DNA from: a virus
Strand: one strand, 5' to 3'
IMG/VR virus record: IMGVR_UViG_3300027804_000039
Coordinates: 1-64,000 of that record
DNA: 64,000 bases
Part shown: positions 31,102 through 41,119 of the stretch, piece after piece
Position numbering within the stretch: position 1 is the first letter of the stretch
Layout: each line of letters begins with the position of its first letter
Program-made: the position numbers and the translations under genes
The notes under the pieces: generated by a model
What the model was told of the DNA's origin: nothing
Database searches by the model: none
What the model saw: the letters and a program-made list of their open reading frames with translations, nothing else

Positions 31102-32274
31102 TGCGTTCCATGTAGTACCGTCATAGTACACAGGATAGCTTCCGCCAGTTCCTTTGCCTGCTGGATCCCAGGTTGTTCTATCAGCAACAGCAATCATTCC
31201 TTCAGCTGGCGCACTTGGTGCAGCAGTTTGTTTTGCTAATAACATTACACCGTTAATGTCAATATGTGCAAGGGCATCATCGGTAATTTGTCTTCCGATA
31301 GTCATGTACCCTTTTCTGTTTATAAACACACCTTTGGCATTTGCTACGTTATTGTCAGGGAATGTTACAAAACCAATTAAACCAGGAACTTGTGTCCCTG
31401 AAACTGCGCCGGCTGGATCAACAAAGTGTCCTACAATGCTTGAAATTAAATAACCTGAACCAGTATGTCCCCAACCAGAACTTAATCCCAAAGCGTCTGC
31501 AGGTTGCACAGCAGCTAATGCAGATAACGATCCTCTTGATGAGTAGTGGTCAATAGCACAGCTAGATGCTTGTGGACCTTCAGTCATACCTTTTAGTGTT
31601 AATAATGTAGTAGGTTCGCCGGTTCGTTGCATTACGATACCAGTTTCACTGGTTAAACTTCCAAAAGTTAAATTCCCAGAAGTTACAGTAACTCTGTCGC
31701 TATCTAAACTTATTGTTCCGTTTCCTAATACTCCGGATGATGTAATATCACCTGTTGCGGCAATATATCCTGTTGCATCAATATCACCAGTTATATCTAT
31801 GTTACCTGTTCCTGTAATATCGTTGCTGTTTAAATCTAAATTGCCGCCTAGTTGGGGAGTGGTGTCGTTAACTACATCAGTGATACCAATTCCATCTAGT
31901 GCCACAGTTGCATTAATTCTGTCACCAGCATCTTGTGTTGCTGAATATGTAAATGTAATTCCAATGTTAGTTGCGTTACCTGCAACTAAAGCAGCACCAA
32001 CAGCGTCAACAGCCAACTCTGATGTAAAGTATTTGTTATTGATACCCTGTACTACATCGTCGGTGTTTAATCCTGAAACTTCAAGTTCCTTACTTACAGC
32101 GTTATAAGTCAATCCGTAGCCGGCTACCTTGTCGCTTACAGCAGGCTTGCCACCAGCAGTTAATCCGTCGCCGATCCAAAGTTGTTCTCCATCGGTAGTC
32201 CATACTAGTTCGCCGCTTTCAAAAACTACTCCTGAACGCTGAGCATCTGTGCCTCTTCTAATTCTTAGCGCCAT
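31093..32274 (-). CDS. tail fibre / virion structural protein
   Basis: MALRIRRGT...GELVWTTD...IGDG N-terminal motif and DTTPQLGGNLDLN repeat typical of phage fibre proteins. Confidence 0.75.
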   Translation of the reverse strand: MALRIRRGTDAQRSGVVFESGELVWTTDGEQLWIGDGLTAGGKPAVSDKVAGYGLTYNAVSKELEVSGLNTDDVVQGINNKYFTSELAVDAVGAALVAGNATNIGITFTYSATQDAGDRINATVALDGIGITDVVNDTTPQLGGNLDLNSNDITGTGNIDITGDIDATGYIAATGDITSSGVLGNGTISLDSDRVTVTSGNLTFGSLTSETGIVMQRTGEPTTLLTLKGMTEGPQASSCAIDHYSSRGSLSALAAVQPADALGLSSGWGHTGSGYLISSIVGHFVDPAGAVSGTQVPGLIGFVTFPDNNVANAKGVFINRKGYMTIGRQITDDALAHIDINGVMLLAKQTAAPSAPAEGMIAVADRTTWDPAGKGTGGSYPVYYDGTTWNALF

Positions 32275-32359
32275 TGTGCTATCTCCGTTATTTTTAAGTC
32301 TTTTAGACCATTACAACGTATTTATTCAAACGAAGAAAACCGCACTCGCAAAAAGTCGT

Positions 32360-32384
32360 AAAAATAGGGCCCGTAGGCCCTATT
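32360..32384 (-). terminator. intrinsic terminator after rIIB
   Basis: AATAGGGC-CTACGG-GCCCTATT hairpin followed by T run on minus strand. Confidence 0.7.
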
Positions 32385-32398
32385 ATATGCTATGTTAA

Positions 32399-33385
32399 TT
32401 ATTGCTTAGGAAACGGCCAAGACTTGCTGGCTGTTGGAGCAACGTAGCGATAACGCTCTTGGTTGCCCCACATACGGTCCTGACTGCCTTTAGCATAGCC
32501 TTCACTATAGTCGGTATACTCTTTGCCGTACAATTCACCGCTGACATTGTACTCGTTGCGCCAACCAGCAGTATAGCCTCGGTAGAACTGGCTAGAACCA
32601 GTCTTCATTGGCTTGTCGTAGTTGGTACTGTTAGATTGGACAGAACGGGTAAATGCTTGGTCTGCTTTGTCCTGATCAATTTCACCAACCACTTCGTAGC
32701 GGCAAGCACGGCCTTTGGTAGCGTTATAATCGCTAGGAATACTAACCACATCACGTGGGTTAATCTTAACGATAACGGTACGCTCGCCGCCAAACGAGTT
32801 CAAGTAATCCTTGCTACAGAAGTGAAGTCCTGTAGAACAAGTATTGTCCTTGTTGTCGTCAACGTTGTAGCGTTCCATTTCAACAACCTTACCAACACTA
32901 TTGTCCATAGTGCCGCTGTGAACGTCCATATAGTTAGCACGAACTTTCTTGTAAGCAAGGAAGTGGCCATCCGGAGTGATAGGCAAGTTGCCCTTTTCCA
33001 AGAAACCGTACAGTTCGTCGACTGCCCGCTTGCTTGGGTTTTGGTACAGGTTGTCCATAAACATAACCATAGGCTCAATTGGGAAACCTTCCTTGAGCAT
33101 ATCAATCATCTTTACAGCCAAAGTAGTGTGCAGTTCCACACCCTTCCAAAACAAGGTTTCGCCTTGGATGGAAACATTGCCCTTACCATAGTTAAGAACA
33201 ATTTTCTTAGGCTCGATTGCGTCCTTTACAGCATCCCAATCTCCTGCCTTAATAGCATCAACTACCTTAGAGTAGGTAATGTGTGTTTTGTTGATAGTGT
33301 GTGGTTTGTTATCAATAACAACTACAACATTATCGCCTTGAATCAAAAACGGATAGCTCATTTTAAATACCTTTCTGTGTGTCAA
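32399..33385 (-). CDS. rIIB: RIIB-like protein
   Basis: LYGFLE...PITPDGHFLAYK...CSTGLH...VKINPRDVVSIP..KGRACRYEV; follows rIIA. Confidence 0.9.
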   Translation of the reverse strand: MTHRKVFKMSYPFLIQGDNVVVVIDNKPHTINKTHITYSKVVDAIKAGDWDAVKDAIEPKKIVLNYGKGNVSIQGETLFWKGVELHTTLAVKMIDMLKEGFPIEPMVMFMDNLYQNPSKRAVDELYGFLEKGNLPITPDGHFLAYKKVRANYMDVHSGTMDNSVGKVVEMERYNVDDNKDNTCSTGLHFCSKDYLNSFGGERTVIVKINPRDVVSIPSDYNATKGRACRYEVVGEIDQDKADQAFTRSVQSNSTNYDKPMKTGSSQFYRGYTAGWRNEYNVSGELYGKEYTDYSEGYAKGSQDRMWGNQERYRYVAPTASKSWPFPKQ

Positions 33386-35528
33386 TCACATTAATATAAT
33401 CTGCCAATTCACCTGCCGGAACACTACGCAGATATGCCAACAATGGGTAGCGATTATTCAACGCATGACATTCTTTGACATACTGGTTAACTTGTGCTTC
33501 TGGGCTAAACGACACGCCAGCGGCATAACGATTGCACAAACGCTTCAAGCTCTGTTCGTTGTAACGAATTTTATCAAAACCTTTCAGTTTCTCCACAAAC
33601 ACTTTGTAAGGACTATTGCTGTTGGCAATAACACTTACTACTGTGCTATTATAGTGAATGTTGGTGTTATTGTCAATAGCCTGGAGCACCAAACTCATAA
33701 CAAGTTTGTTATCAATTGGTTTGCTCAAAACTTTGGCAATATGCTCTTCGATGTTAACCCAGTTCTTTTGAGTTTTGATAAACTCAATGTCACCTTTACG
33801 AACACCATAAATGGTAGTCTTCAAACCATCAATACCACAGTCCTTCAAGTCATTGTAGAACTCTTTAGCATTACCCAAACCAAATTTGGACTCGATGTTA
33901 AAGCCACTCAAAGGCAAGTAATAGTGAATAGTGTTAGCATCAAAGCTATCAGCCTTACCAGCATCACGCCACACCATTTCCTTCTCACGATAGTAACCAC
34001 CATTGCCACGTTCTTGTAGCGACAAGATAGTGACATTTTTAGCAACACCTGCTTGACGTTCTTTCTTCAAAAGCGCACTCGCCTTAGAAACATAAGCAGA
34101 AGGAGGATTGCTAATTGCCTTCAAGAATGCCTTGAGCTTCATGTTTTTAGTCTTGTCTGCACGATCCAACACATAGACATAAACACTATTGTCCGGTTTG
34201 TTTGTACGATAGTCGAACTTAGCACGTTCAACAGCACCAATGTTAGTATCGTTCTCAATAAAGCGAACACGGTCACTGACAGTAAAGCCCCAGTAATGAA
34301 ACATGTCGTAACTATTAGTTTGCGGATTACGCTGGTCACTATAACTGGTACTATTCTTCAAGTTAGAGTACGCTTTGCTATTTTTAGAATAGTCAAAGCC
34401 TCGAACGACAATGTTATACTTCTTAGCAAGCTCGTCAATACCCAACTTGAATTCTTTGGTGCCGCCGTAACGGTTAGCATCGTAAGTTACCAAGTTAGTG
34501 TCAATGGCATACTTCTTAACGGCCGTAGACCACAGACTATGATTAGAACGCTTGGCAAGGAATACGGCACGATTCCACAGGTTAGGAATTGCATTTGCTT
34601 CTTTAGCCAGCACAGATGCTAGTGCAGTATTCAACGATTCTAGCTTAGTCTTAATAGCCGCAATAGTTTGCGGAATATAAGACAAGCCTTCACGTGACGC
34701 TTGGAAGTCCAGTTCGCCGATACCAAAGTGCATTTCCAAACCACAGTTCAGTAGGTGACGCAAATCACCCAATGAATTGTCTGCTTGCGGAATCTCAATA
34801 GGGTAAGCAATATTACCCATGATAGCAATGCTACGACGGCTGTCTTTGTACGAGTGGACACCTGGAATAATATCTTTGTCCAAGTATTCAACATCGCGGA
34901 ATTCAAAATTAGTCTTGCCGCTTACAACAGGACGCAGAGCAAAGTAAGTATATACTTGGCGAGCTTCGTCGACAAACTTGCTGAAGTCCCATTGGTCGTT
35001 GACGCTGAATTTAACTTCAACACCAGCAGGTTCGTCAGACTGTTCGTTAGTCATCAATGCAATACTAGGAACGCCTTGCTCATTGATAAAGGCAGTATAG
35101 ATACCTTTTACACCATCCTTGACAGCAGTTACAGTAAAGTTATCAGTGTAAGAAAAAGGAGACTTACTACCGAGGCCAAGAGCACCAATAAACTCGTTTG
35201 AATTAGTTTTAGTAGACTCGAAATAAGTTGTATAGATGTTAGTAACTTGTTCATGATTAAGACCAGTACCGTAGTCACGAATACTAAACCAAGGCTCCAA
35301 TTGGTTAGGCAAATGCACATCAAACGGAACATCACTCTTGCCAGCGGCAATATGACTGTCCACAGCATTACAACTCAGTTCGCGGACGATAGCACGGATC
35401 TTGTTAGCATACAAGCCCGAGCTCAAAATGTTAAATGCCTTAGCAGAGTTGCGAATACGGAACTCGCCAATTTCGCCCACGTTGGACATAATTGCTTCGT
35501 TTTGGGGAGTAGTATTAATGATTGCCAT
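33363..35528 (-). CDS. rIIA: RIIA-like protein (GHKL ATPase N-terminus)
   Basis: LYANKIRAIVRELSCNAVDSH, IRDYGTG, GALGLGSKSPFSY, SREGLSY. Confidence 0.9.
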   Translation of the reverse strand: MAIINTTPQNEAIMSNVGEIGEFRIRNSAKAFNILSSGLYANKIRAIVRELSCNAVDSHIAAGKSDVPFDVHLPNQLEPWFSIRDYGTGLNHEQVTNIYTTYFESTKTNSNEFIGALGLGSKSPFSYTDNFTVTAVKDGVKGIYTAFINEQGVPSIALMTNEQSDEPAGVEVKFSVNDQWDFSKFVDEARQVYTYFALRPVVSGKTNFEFRDVEYLDKDIIPGVHSYKDSRRSIAIMGNIAYPIEIPQADNSLGDLRHLLNCGLEMHFGIGELDFQASREGLSYIPQTIAAIKTKLESLNTALASVLAKEANAIPNLWNRAVFLAKRSNHSLWSTAVKKYAIDTNLVTYDANRYGGTKEFKLGIDELAKKYNIVVRGFDYSKNSKAYSNLKNSTSYSDQRNPQTNSYDMFHYWGFTVSDRVRFIENDTNIGAVERAKFDYRTNKPDNSVYVYVLDRADKTKNMKLKAFLKAISNPPSAYVSKASALLKKERQAGVAKNVTILSLQERGNGGYYREKEMVWRDAGKADSFDANTIHYYLPLSGFNIESKFGLGNAKEFYNDLKDCGIDGLKTTIYGVRKGDIEFIKTQKNWVNIEEHIAKVLSKPIDNKLVMSLVLQAIDNNTNIHYNSTVVSVIANSNSPYKVFVEKLKGFDKIRYNEQSLKRLCNRYAAGVSFSPEAQVNQYVKECHALNNRYPLLAYLRSVPAGELADYINVIDTQKGI

Positions 35529-35566
35529 TGTAAGCCTTTCGGTGCTTGTTTGTTTAGTATGTGTAT

Positions 35567-35595
35567 ATTATAACGCAGATATCCTGATATGTCAA
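35567..35595 (-). promoter_or_regulatory. sigma70-type promoter for rIIA-rIIB
   Basis: TTGACA-17-TATAAT. Confidence 0.8.
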
Positions 35596-35645
35596 CTGTT
35601 GATGGTTTCAAAATTTGGAGTCATTGACAGGTTTCTGTCCAAAAT

Positions 35646-35667
35646 AAATGGGCCCAAAGGCCCATTT
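35646..35667 (-). terminator. intrinsic terminator
   Basis: AAATGGGC/GCCCATTT hairpin. Confidence 0.6.
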
Positions 35668-35670
35668 TGG

Positions 35671-35865
35671 TTAATCAATCTTTTCTATGCGAGCTCTCCA
35701 ATAGTAGTCTGGGCTACCGCCTTCTTCCCAATGTGCCGCATACTTTTTGGCTTCTTCTAGTGTAGTAAAGAACTTAGTATCGTTTGGGTCAACTCTTTGT
35801 CCCCAACCACGCTCATATTCGGTTACTGTGACTTTATAGAGTCCGGAAAGTTTAACTTCTGCCAT
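35671..35865 (-). CDS. hypothetical protein
   Basis: 64 aa with AGGAG SD, own promoter and terminator. Confidence 0.65.
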   Translation of the reverse strand: MAEVKLSGLYKVTVTEYERGWGQRVDPNDTKFFTTLEEAKKYAAHWEEGGSPDYYWRARIEKID

Positions 35866-35892
35866 TTTGGGCTCCTTTCTTACTAGGCTTTT

Positions 35893-35920
35893 AGTATAGC
35901 ATCTTAGCCAGAAAAGTCAA
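35893..35920 (-). promoter_or_regulatory. sigma70-type promoter
   Basis: TTGACT-16-TATACT. Confidence 0.6.
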
Positions 35921-35931
35921 CCAAAAAAAAG

Positions 35932-35949
35932 TGTTGTATTTCTACAACA
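35932..35949. promoter_or_regulatory. palindromic operator-like site, copy 1
   Basis: TGTTGTA-N4-TACAACA, also at 39619 and 50060. Confidence 0.5.
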
Positions 35950-35993
35950 CCTTTTCCACATAGTTGCCAGTGACTAGTTGAACGGCTATGTGT

Positions 35994-37124
35994 TTAAAAA
36001 GCGTCCCAGTAACGGTAGCTTTGTTCTTTGACTCTAGTTAGTACAAGTTGAGCGCCATCTGCGTTGGCAAACACATACTTGTTACCATTGTCGTCAATCT
36101 TCTTAAGATTGGCTGGCTCAAAGATTATTCCGTCCCAATCCCAGTCGCCGTCGGCCTCTGGGTCTTGGTTATAGTTCTTGTAGTTAACATGAACACGTTT
36201 AGTCAACGGATTGCCATGCCACTCCTTGTCTTCAAAGCTGGTCTCGCCAATTTCTTCACCGTTAAGTAGAAGTTTGATTTTGTAACGACCTTCATCTGAA
36301 TACTCTGGCTTGGCATTAAGCATAGCCATTGCTTCTTGAGGAGTTTCGCCAAAGCGGTTCATTTCTTCAACAAGAGCTTTGAGCATGTCAAAGTTAAACT
36401 GACCAAACGTACCAGCGATGCCGATAATCTTATCAATGTGTTCTTTTGCTTTCAAATTGTCTTCGCAGTATTCACGAATGAAGTCTGCTTCGAGCCCTTT
36501 GTATTCTAGTGCATAGAACACACGACCAGGACGGTTACGCATGTGTTGATTAACACGCCACTTGTCGTTACAGGTAAGAACAAACAACTTCTTAGTTGGA
36601 TACACACCGTCAAGCAAGGTAAGCATAGCTTCTTGCTCTTGCTCGTCGTAGACCTTTTCGAATTCGTCGAACACAACAATAACGGGCTGTTCAATGCTTT
36701 GAATAAATGCATTGAAAGAATCTCCACACCACGGTGCATTAATCACAATAGTTGGAATATCCTTTTCGTATCCTTTGATAGAAAGCATTTTAGCCAGCAG
36801 AGTCTTGCCTGAACCTTTTTCACCGGTAAGCATTACCCCAGTAGCTGCAGGCCGATCGTTAAATGCATAAAGAATACGGTCGGCACGTTTGGTAGTATCG
36901 CCGTAGACTTTGCCTTTGAATTCAAATTTGTCAATTGCCTCAAGGAACAACTGCCCAGTCATTTCATCTTTCTTGATGACATAGTTACCAGCGGGAAGTT
37001 TCTCTTGGATGTCAAGAGCTTCCTTTTTAGAAACTTTGTAAGTGTTACCTTGTTTTAGAAAATAAGTCATTGTGTTAAATCTTTCAATGAGGGGATAAAA
37101 ACTGTATGTATCTATTATATGCAT
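35994..37124 (-). CDS. AAA+ ATPase
   Basis: GEKGSGKT Walker A, VVFDEFEK Walker B, NRPGR. Confidence 0.85.
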   Translation of the reverse strand: MHIIDTYSFYPLIERFNTMTYFLKQGNTYKVSKKEALDIQEKLPAGNYVIKKDEMTGQLFLEAIDKFEFKGKVYGDTTKRADRILYAFNDRPAATGVMLTGEKGSGKTLLAKMLSIKGYEKDIPTIVINAPWCGDSFNAFIQSIEQPVIVVFDEFEKVYDEQEQEAMLTLLDGVYPTKKLFVLTCNDKWRVNQHMRNRPGRVFYALEYKGLEADFIREYCEDNLKAKEHIDKIIGIAGTFGQFNFDMLKALVEEMNRFGETPQEAMAMLNAKPEYSDEGRYKIKLLLNGEEIGETSFEDKEWHGNPLTKRVHVNYKNYNQDPEADGDWDWDGIIFEPANLKKIDDNGNKYVFANADGAQLVLTRVKEQSYRYWDAF

Positions 37125-37142
37125 TTAGACACATACAGTCAA
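37114..37142 (-). promoter_or_regulatory. sigma70-type promoter
   Basis: TTGACT-17-TATAAT. Confidence 0.7.
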
Positions 37143-37152
37143 CAACGTTTGG

Positions 37153-37620
37153 TTATACGTACCAAATTTCTTTGAAGCCTTCATCTTCGGTTGGTTCTTG
37201 CCAACCGTCGATCATTTGATCCACAACGTATTGTGGAATCACCTTACCAGGACGATTAGCCAATCTGCGATCCAATTCTGCTCTGTTAGGAGTGCGGAAT
37301 ACAATAGCAATATGTTCGTATCTTGGCAAAGTATTAAACTTGCGAGCTCGACTTGCAACGGTTGTGCTAGTCTGATCCCAAATCAAATCTAAGTTATTTG
37401 CTTCACAAATCTTTGCTTGGTTAACCATTAACTTAACAGCGATTGGCATATAGTCGTCAAATACTTCAGAATAGGTCTTACCTTGTTCTTTAGCATAAGC
37501 TTCTACAAACGAATCTGTACAAACTACAGGCATGTCCTTTGCCCAATCCTGGTTAGAAACCCAAGTGCTCTTGCCTGCGGCAGGAACTCCAATTAATTGA
37601 TAACATTTTGGCATTACCAA
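37153..37620 (-). CDS. P-loop kinase (AAA_33, polynucleotide-kinase-like)
   Basis: GVPAAGKS, D at the PNK acid position, WDQTS, R...R lid. Confidence 0.75.
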   Translation of the reverse strand: MVMPKCYQLIGVPAAGKSTWVSNQDWAKDMPVVCTDSFVEAYAKEQGKTYSEVFDDYMPIAVKLMVNQAKICEANNLDLIWDQTSTTVASRARKFNTLPRYEHIAIVFRTPNRAELDRRLANRPGKVIPQYVVDQMIDGWQEPTEDEGFKEIWYV

Positions 37621-37805
37621 GTCTCCACACCTGAAATATCTACTCTAACTTTAGCAGGACGATCGTTGATATCCATGTCCATAGTAAGTGTCAGGATACT
37701 ACCAATGCCGCTAGAATTATCTGATTTTAGTTCGTAAGATCTAGCATCGTCGAACTCGTTCATGACTGCTAGAATCTTCTCAACTTCTTGTTTAGTAATA
37801 TACAT
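37614..37805 (-). CDS. hypothetical protein
   Basis: 63 aa, operonic. Confidence 0.5.
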   Translation of the reverse strand: MYITKQEVEKILAVMNEFDDARSYELKSDNSSGIGSILTLTMDMDINDRPAKVRVDISGVETW

Positions 37806-37909
37806 TATGCTTTCCTATTCAAAATAAAACCCTTAGAATAGATTAAGAATGCCTTACCGCTTCTAATCATTTGTTTGAAATAATATTCACGATAAGACAT
37901 TCTTGTTCC

Positions 37910-38518
37910 TTACATTGTAGGACCGTTGCCGTTCCTAAAACCCACATTACCACCTTCTGCTTCAATTCGCTTTAACACATCTTCAAATAAGATAGGTGCA
38001 AAGTCTGGTGTTTGTTCTACGCAAACGCAATGGTAGCGTGGATCAATTTCGTCACCGTATAACACTTCGCCGGTCTTAGCATCAACTCCGCGGGCCTTAC
38101 GCACTCGATTTGCGTGTAAGTGTCCGTGAATGTTAACACCAAAACGTCCTAAGCTATCTGCGTGTACAGGAATATGACTTAAGATCATTCCGTTCATAAC
38201 ATGGTATGCCCGTAATTCTCTAAAGTATTGTCTGTACTCGTCATCTCTAAAGATGTCGTGGTTACCGCGAATTAAGACCTTGTCGCCGTTTAAGCGTCTT
38301 AAAGTTCCTAACGCCTTACGGTTAATAACAACGTCACCTAAGTGGTAGACTTTATCTGTGGGCTTGACTCTTTCGTTCCAAGCCTTAACCATGGCTTCGT
38401 CCATTTCGTCCGGGTCATCCCACGGACGTAACTTTGTAAAGCCATCGCTACGTGTGAAGCGGCAAACACCTGTGTGACCAAAGTGCGTGTCGCTGACTAA
38501 AAATACACTAGGCATCAT
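37910..38518 (-). CDS. calcineurin-like phosphoesterase
   Basis: SDTHFGH, LGDV, GNHD, SHIP, HGHLH. Confidence 0.85.
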   Translation of the reverse strand: MMPSVFLVSDTHFGHTGVCRFTRSDGFTKLRPWDDPDEMDEAMVKAWNERVKPTDKVYHLGDVVINRKALGTLRRLNGDKVLIRGNHDIFRDDEYRQYFRELRAYHVMNGMILSHIPVHADSLGRFGVNIHGHLHANRVRKARGVDAKTGEVLYGDEIDPRYHCVCVEQTPDFAPILFEDVLKRIEAEGGNVGFRNGNGPTM

Positions 38519-38529
38519 GCCCTCCTTTC

Positions 38530-38997
38530 TTAAAAATCATTTCTAAAAGCTCGCCAATCATCTATGTTTGGCGTTTCATCTGCATCATAAGTCCAACCCA
38601 ATGCTTTCATCATACGGTGCTTGACTAGTAAGTTAGGGCTACGAAATCTTTCTGTATCTTGAAATCCCATCATAACTCCTACTTCGCAGACAGCACCGCT
38701 ACGACAAATGCCAGCAAAGCAATGAACAATAACGTCCATGTGATTGTCTAGTGCATGTTGGAGCAAACGAACAAGCTCGTTGGCTTGCTCTTGGCTGCAC
38801 TTCATTGCTTCTTCTAACACTTCGTCTTTTTCTTCTACGTCAAGAAATTCAAAACGATGTACTTCTTTGAATTGATGCTTTGGTGTTGGGAACCAACTTG
38901 CTGGGTCAGCAATTTGGATCAACATTGAATTTTCTTTTACAGCAACATGGAATCCTTTTGGAATATCATCTGCTGCACAATTTTGAATCCACGGCAT
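38530..38997 (-). CDS. CX5R (PTP/dual-specificity-like) phosphatase
   Basis: VHCFAGICRS. Confidence 0.8.
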   Translation of the reverse strand: MPWIQNCAADDIPKGFHVAVKENSMLIQIADPASWFPTPKHQFKEVHRFEFLDVEEKDEVLEEAMKCSQEQANELVRLLQHALDNHMDVIVHCFAGICRSGAVCEVGVMMGFQDTERFRSPNLLVKHRMMKALGWTYDADETPNIDDWRAFRNDF

Positions 38998-39547
38998 TTT
39001 CTTTTTTCCTTTTTCTATATGTTTCGTTGTTACAATAAGGCCAAATTGCAGGAATTACCGCTTCTTCAATTTCACTTATCTGTTTGGCAGTTAAGTGGTC
39101 CAAACTCCAAACTAGAACTTCCAATGTATCTACATCAACTTTATGCTTTACAGGAAAGTCTAGCACTCCGGGTGCAACAAGTTTCTTACCAATCTTAACA
39201 TAGTGACTGGGAATTTCTGTTACACCTTCAATTATATACTTACAAACACCTTCTTTCCAACCTTCTGGGAACATCCATTTTGGTTCTACTTTTTCAACGG
39301 GTGTACTGTACAATGTGGCCAAATCAACATCCAATTTAGGACGATGTGTTTGGTGACGATTAATTACAGTATTTGTTGCCGCTTTACCAAAATAGAAATT
39401 CACGTCAGGATAGATGTAGTATAAACCACGATGGTTTCCTACTTCTGCTCTGTTAATTGCGCCTTCGGTAGTGCTATAGGGTTCAACCCATGCATGACCT
39501 AACTGCTCAAATACTTCACGAATTTTGGCTAAGTGTTTACTTTTCAT
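38966..39547 (-). CDS. GIY-YIG-like hypothetical protein
   Basis: GLYYIY...FYFGKA...R..H...E...N pattern. Confidence 0.45.
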   Translation of the reverse strand: MKSKHLAKIREVFEQLGHAWVEPYSTTEGAINRAEVGNHRGLYYIYPDVNFYFGKAATNTVINRHQTHRPKLDVDLATLYSTPVEKVEPKWMFPEGWKEGVCKYIIEGVTEIPSHYVKIGKKLVAPGVLDFPVKHKVDVDTLEVLVWSLDHLTAKQISEIEEAVIPAIWPYCNNETYRKRKKENAVDSKLCSR

Positions 39548-39553
39548 ACTATA

Positions 39554-39582
39554 ATTATAGCACCAAATTTTGGTATTGTCAA
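39554..39582 (-). promoter_or_regulatory. sigma70-type promoter
   Basis: TTGACA-17-TATAAT. Confidence 0.8.
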
Positions 39583-39585
39583 TCT

Positions 39586-39612
39586 AAAAAAATAGGGCCC
39601 AAAGGCCCTATT
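39586..39612 (-). terminator. intrinsic terminator after the Ro60-like gene
   Basis: AATAGGGC/GCCCTATT hairpin plus T run. Confidence 0.7.
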
Positions 39613-39618
39613 CAAAAG

Positions 39619-39636
39619 TGTTGTATTTCTACAACA
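39619..39636. promoter_or_regulatory. palindromic operator-like site, copy 2
   Basis: TGTTGTA-TTTC-TACAACA. Confidence 0.5.
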
Positions 39637-39642
39637 TAACTT

Positions 39643-41049
39643 TTAGATATCGTAGCGTGGGACCATTACAGTCTTAAGCATGATACCTTCTGGAGTGAAT
39701 TGATCCAAATCAGCTGAAAGCAAGGCCTTCATGATGCTTGGGCTAAATCCACTTACCAGTGCCGCACCACTCTTGTCTGCCTTTACAGGCACGTTACCAG
39801 AACTGTTTAGGTTCCAGAACACAATTTGTGGAACAGTATAACCTGCATCTGCGAACTTGCGTTCAATCATTTGCATTGCTGTGTCGTCGAAACGAGCACA
39901 TTGGTTAAACTGCATGTCGCTCAAGATAAGCAACATCTTTGGCATATCGCTTTCTGGGACGTTACCCTTGACAGCAACACTAAGGATCTTGTCCATAGCC
40001 TTGTGCAAGTCGGTACTCATTTCCCAGTTACTACGTGACATTTGGTCAACCTTTTGAACGATGTTACCCTTTAGAGTAACAAGTTCTGGCTTGCTTGAGA
40101 AGGTCAAGAATGTGTCCTTGAACGCACCCTTGTTCTTGTCTGCTAGGTACAAACCTAAACCAACTGCAACGTCCAAGCAACGAACAGACGAACCTGGAAC
40201 AGGTGTGGTCATAGAACCACTTACGTCGACTAGAGGTAGGATACTTGCGTCACCTACATAGTTAGGCAGAGCGTCCCATTGTGCGATGACATGGTCGGTT
40301 TCTGTCTTGTCCAGCTTGGTGTAGCTGTGTGCGATGCCCTTAAGGACATCGTGTGGGAAGATTGCATCGGCGTTAACCTTTACAGTCTTATCCCCTGCCA
40401 CCAACTTGGCCACATACTCTGCAAATGCAGGTGTGTGACGGTTGAATGCCTTCTTGTAGTTGCGAGCAGCTACAGAAGGAACATGTGAGAAGTTAATGTT
40501 GTCCCAGTCGTTGGCACACATTTGTGTTTCAACAACTGTAGTGAGAGCAACAAGACTCTTACGATATTGCTTAGGAGTCATTCCGAAGAATGCTCGTACT
40601 TCAGCCGCAATCTTACCCTTACGTGGAGTCCACTTAGCGGCAAGACCGTTCTTCGCACGAAGGGCATCGCCCAACATGGTATAAGCGGCTGACTTTAGGA
40701 CCGGACTTTGGAAGACAAAGATATCATCCCAGCGGCCTACTTCAGGCACCTTCTTTAGCAAAGCCAAAGCGGCGTCTGGATCGCGTTGTTCTAGATGAAC
40801 TAGAATATCGCGGAACAGTTGACGTTCACCTGCACCGCCACGGACATCACGTGCCCATTGTGCAATGCGAAGTGCTACATCAGAATTCTCGACATACGCG
40901 GCAGTAAATGCCTTAGTGATGTCCTTACCACGGCTTGCGCCGATGTTGTAAAACAGGTCAACTGTAGCCTTAGCTGTTGACTTACGTGCCTTCATACCGT
41001 TTGCGGTACGGGCTTCTTGGTTTGCTACTGCTGTTACAAATGCGTTCAT
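39643..41049 (-). CDS. Ro60/Rsr-like TROVE + vWA protein (DUF2828-type)
   Basis: RDVRGGAGER, GRWDD, LAAKW.PR, vWA MIDAS DVSGSM, TFS, ILSDMQF, VFWNL. Confidence 0.85.
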   Translation of the reverse strand: MNAFVTAVANQEARTANGMKARKSTAKATVDLFYNIGASRGKDITKAFTAAYVENSDVALRIAQWARDVRGGAGERQLFRDILVHLEQRDPDAALALLKKVPEVGRWDDIFVFQSPVLKSAAYTMLGDALRAKNGLAAKWTPRKGKIAAEVRAFFGMTPKQYRKSLVALTTVVETQMCANDWDNINFSHVPSVAARNYKKAFNRHTPAFAEYVAKLVAGDKTVKVNADAIFPHDVLKGIAHSYTKLDKTETDHVIAQWDALPNYVGDASILPLVDVSGSMTTPVPGSSVRCLDVAVGLGLYLADKNKGAFKDTFLTFSSKPELVTLKGNIVQKVDQMSRSNWEMSTDLHKAMDKILSVAVKGNVPESDMPKMLLILSDMQFNQCARFDDTAMQMIERKFADAGYTVPQIVFWNLNSSGNVPVKADKSGAALVSGFSPSIMKALLSADLDQFTPEGIMLKTVMVPRYDI

Positions 41050-41062
41050 GTGTGTTTCCTTT

Positions 41063-41119
41063 CAGAATGTATTTTGTTTTCGATATGCTTGAAAATTTAA
41101 GGTTGCTGTTAACATTCTA
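41063..41119 (-). ncRNA. Y-like RNA element Y1 (in 5' UTR of the Ro60-like gene)
   Basis: AGAAUGU-UAA-CAGCAA ... ACAUUCUG terminal stem. Confidence 0.6.

Noticed and set aside
32402-33394. 330-aa plus-strand ORF exactly antisense to rIIB, with similar shadows over rIIA and the Ro60 gene
   Set aside because: Codon-register mirror of strongly biased genes; no motifs or SD, and the minus strand holds the recognisable protein.
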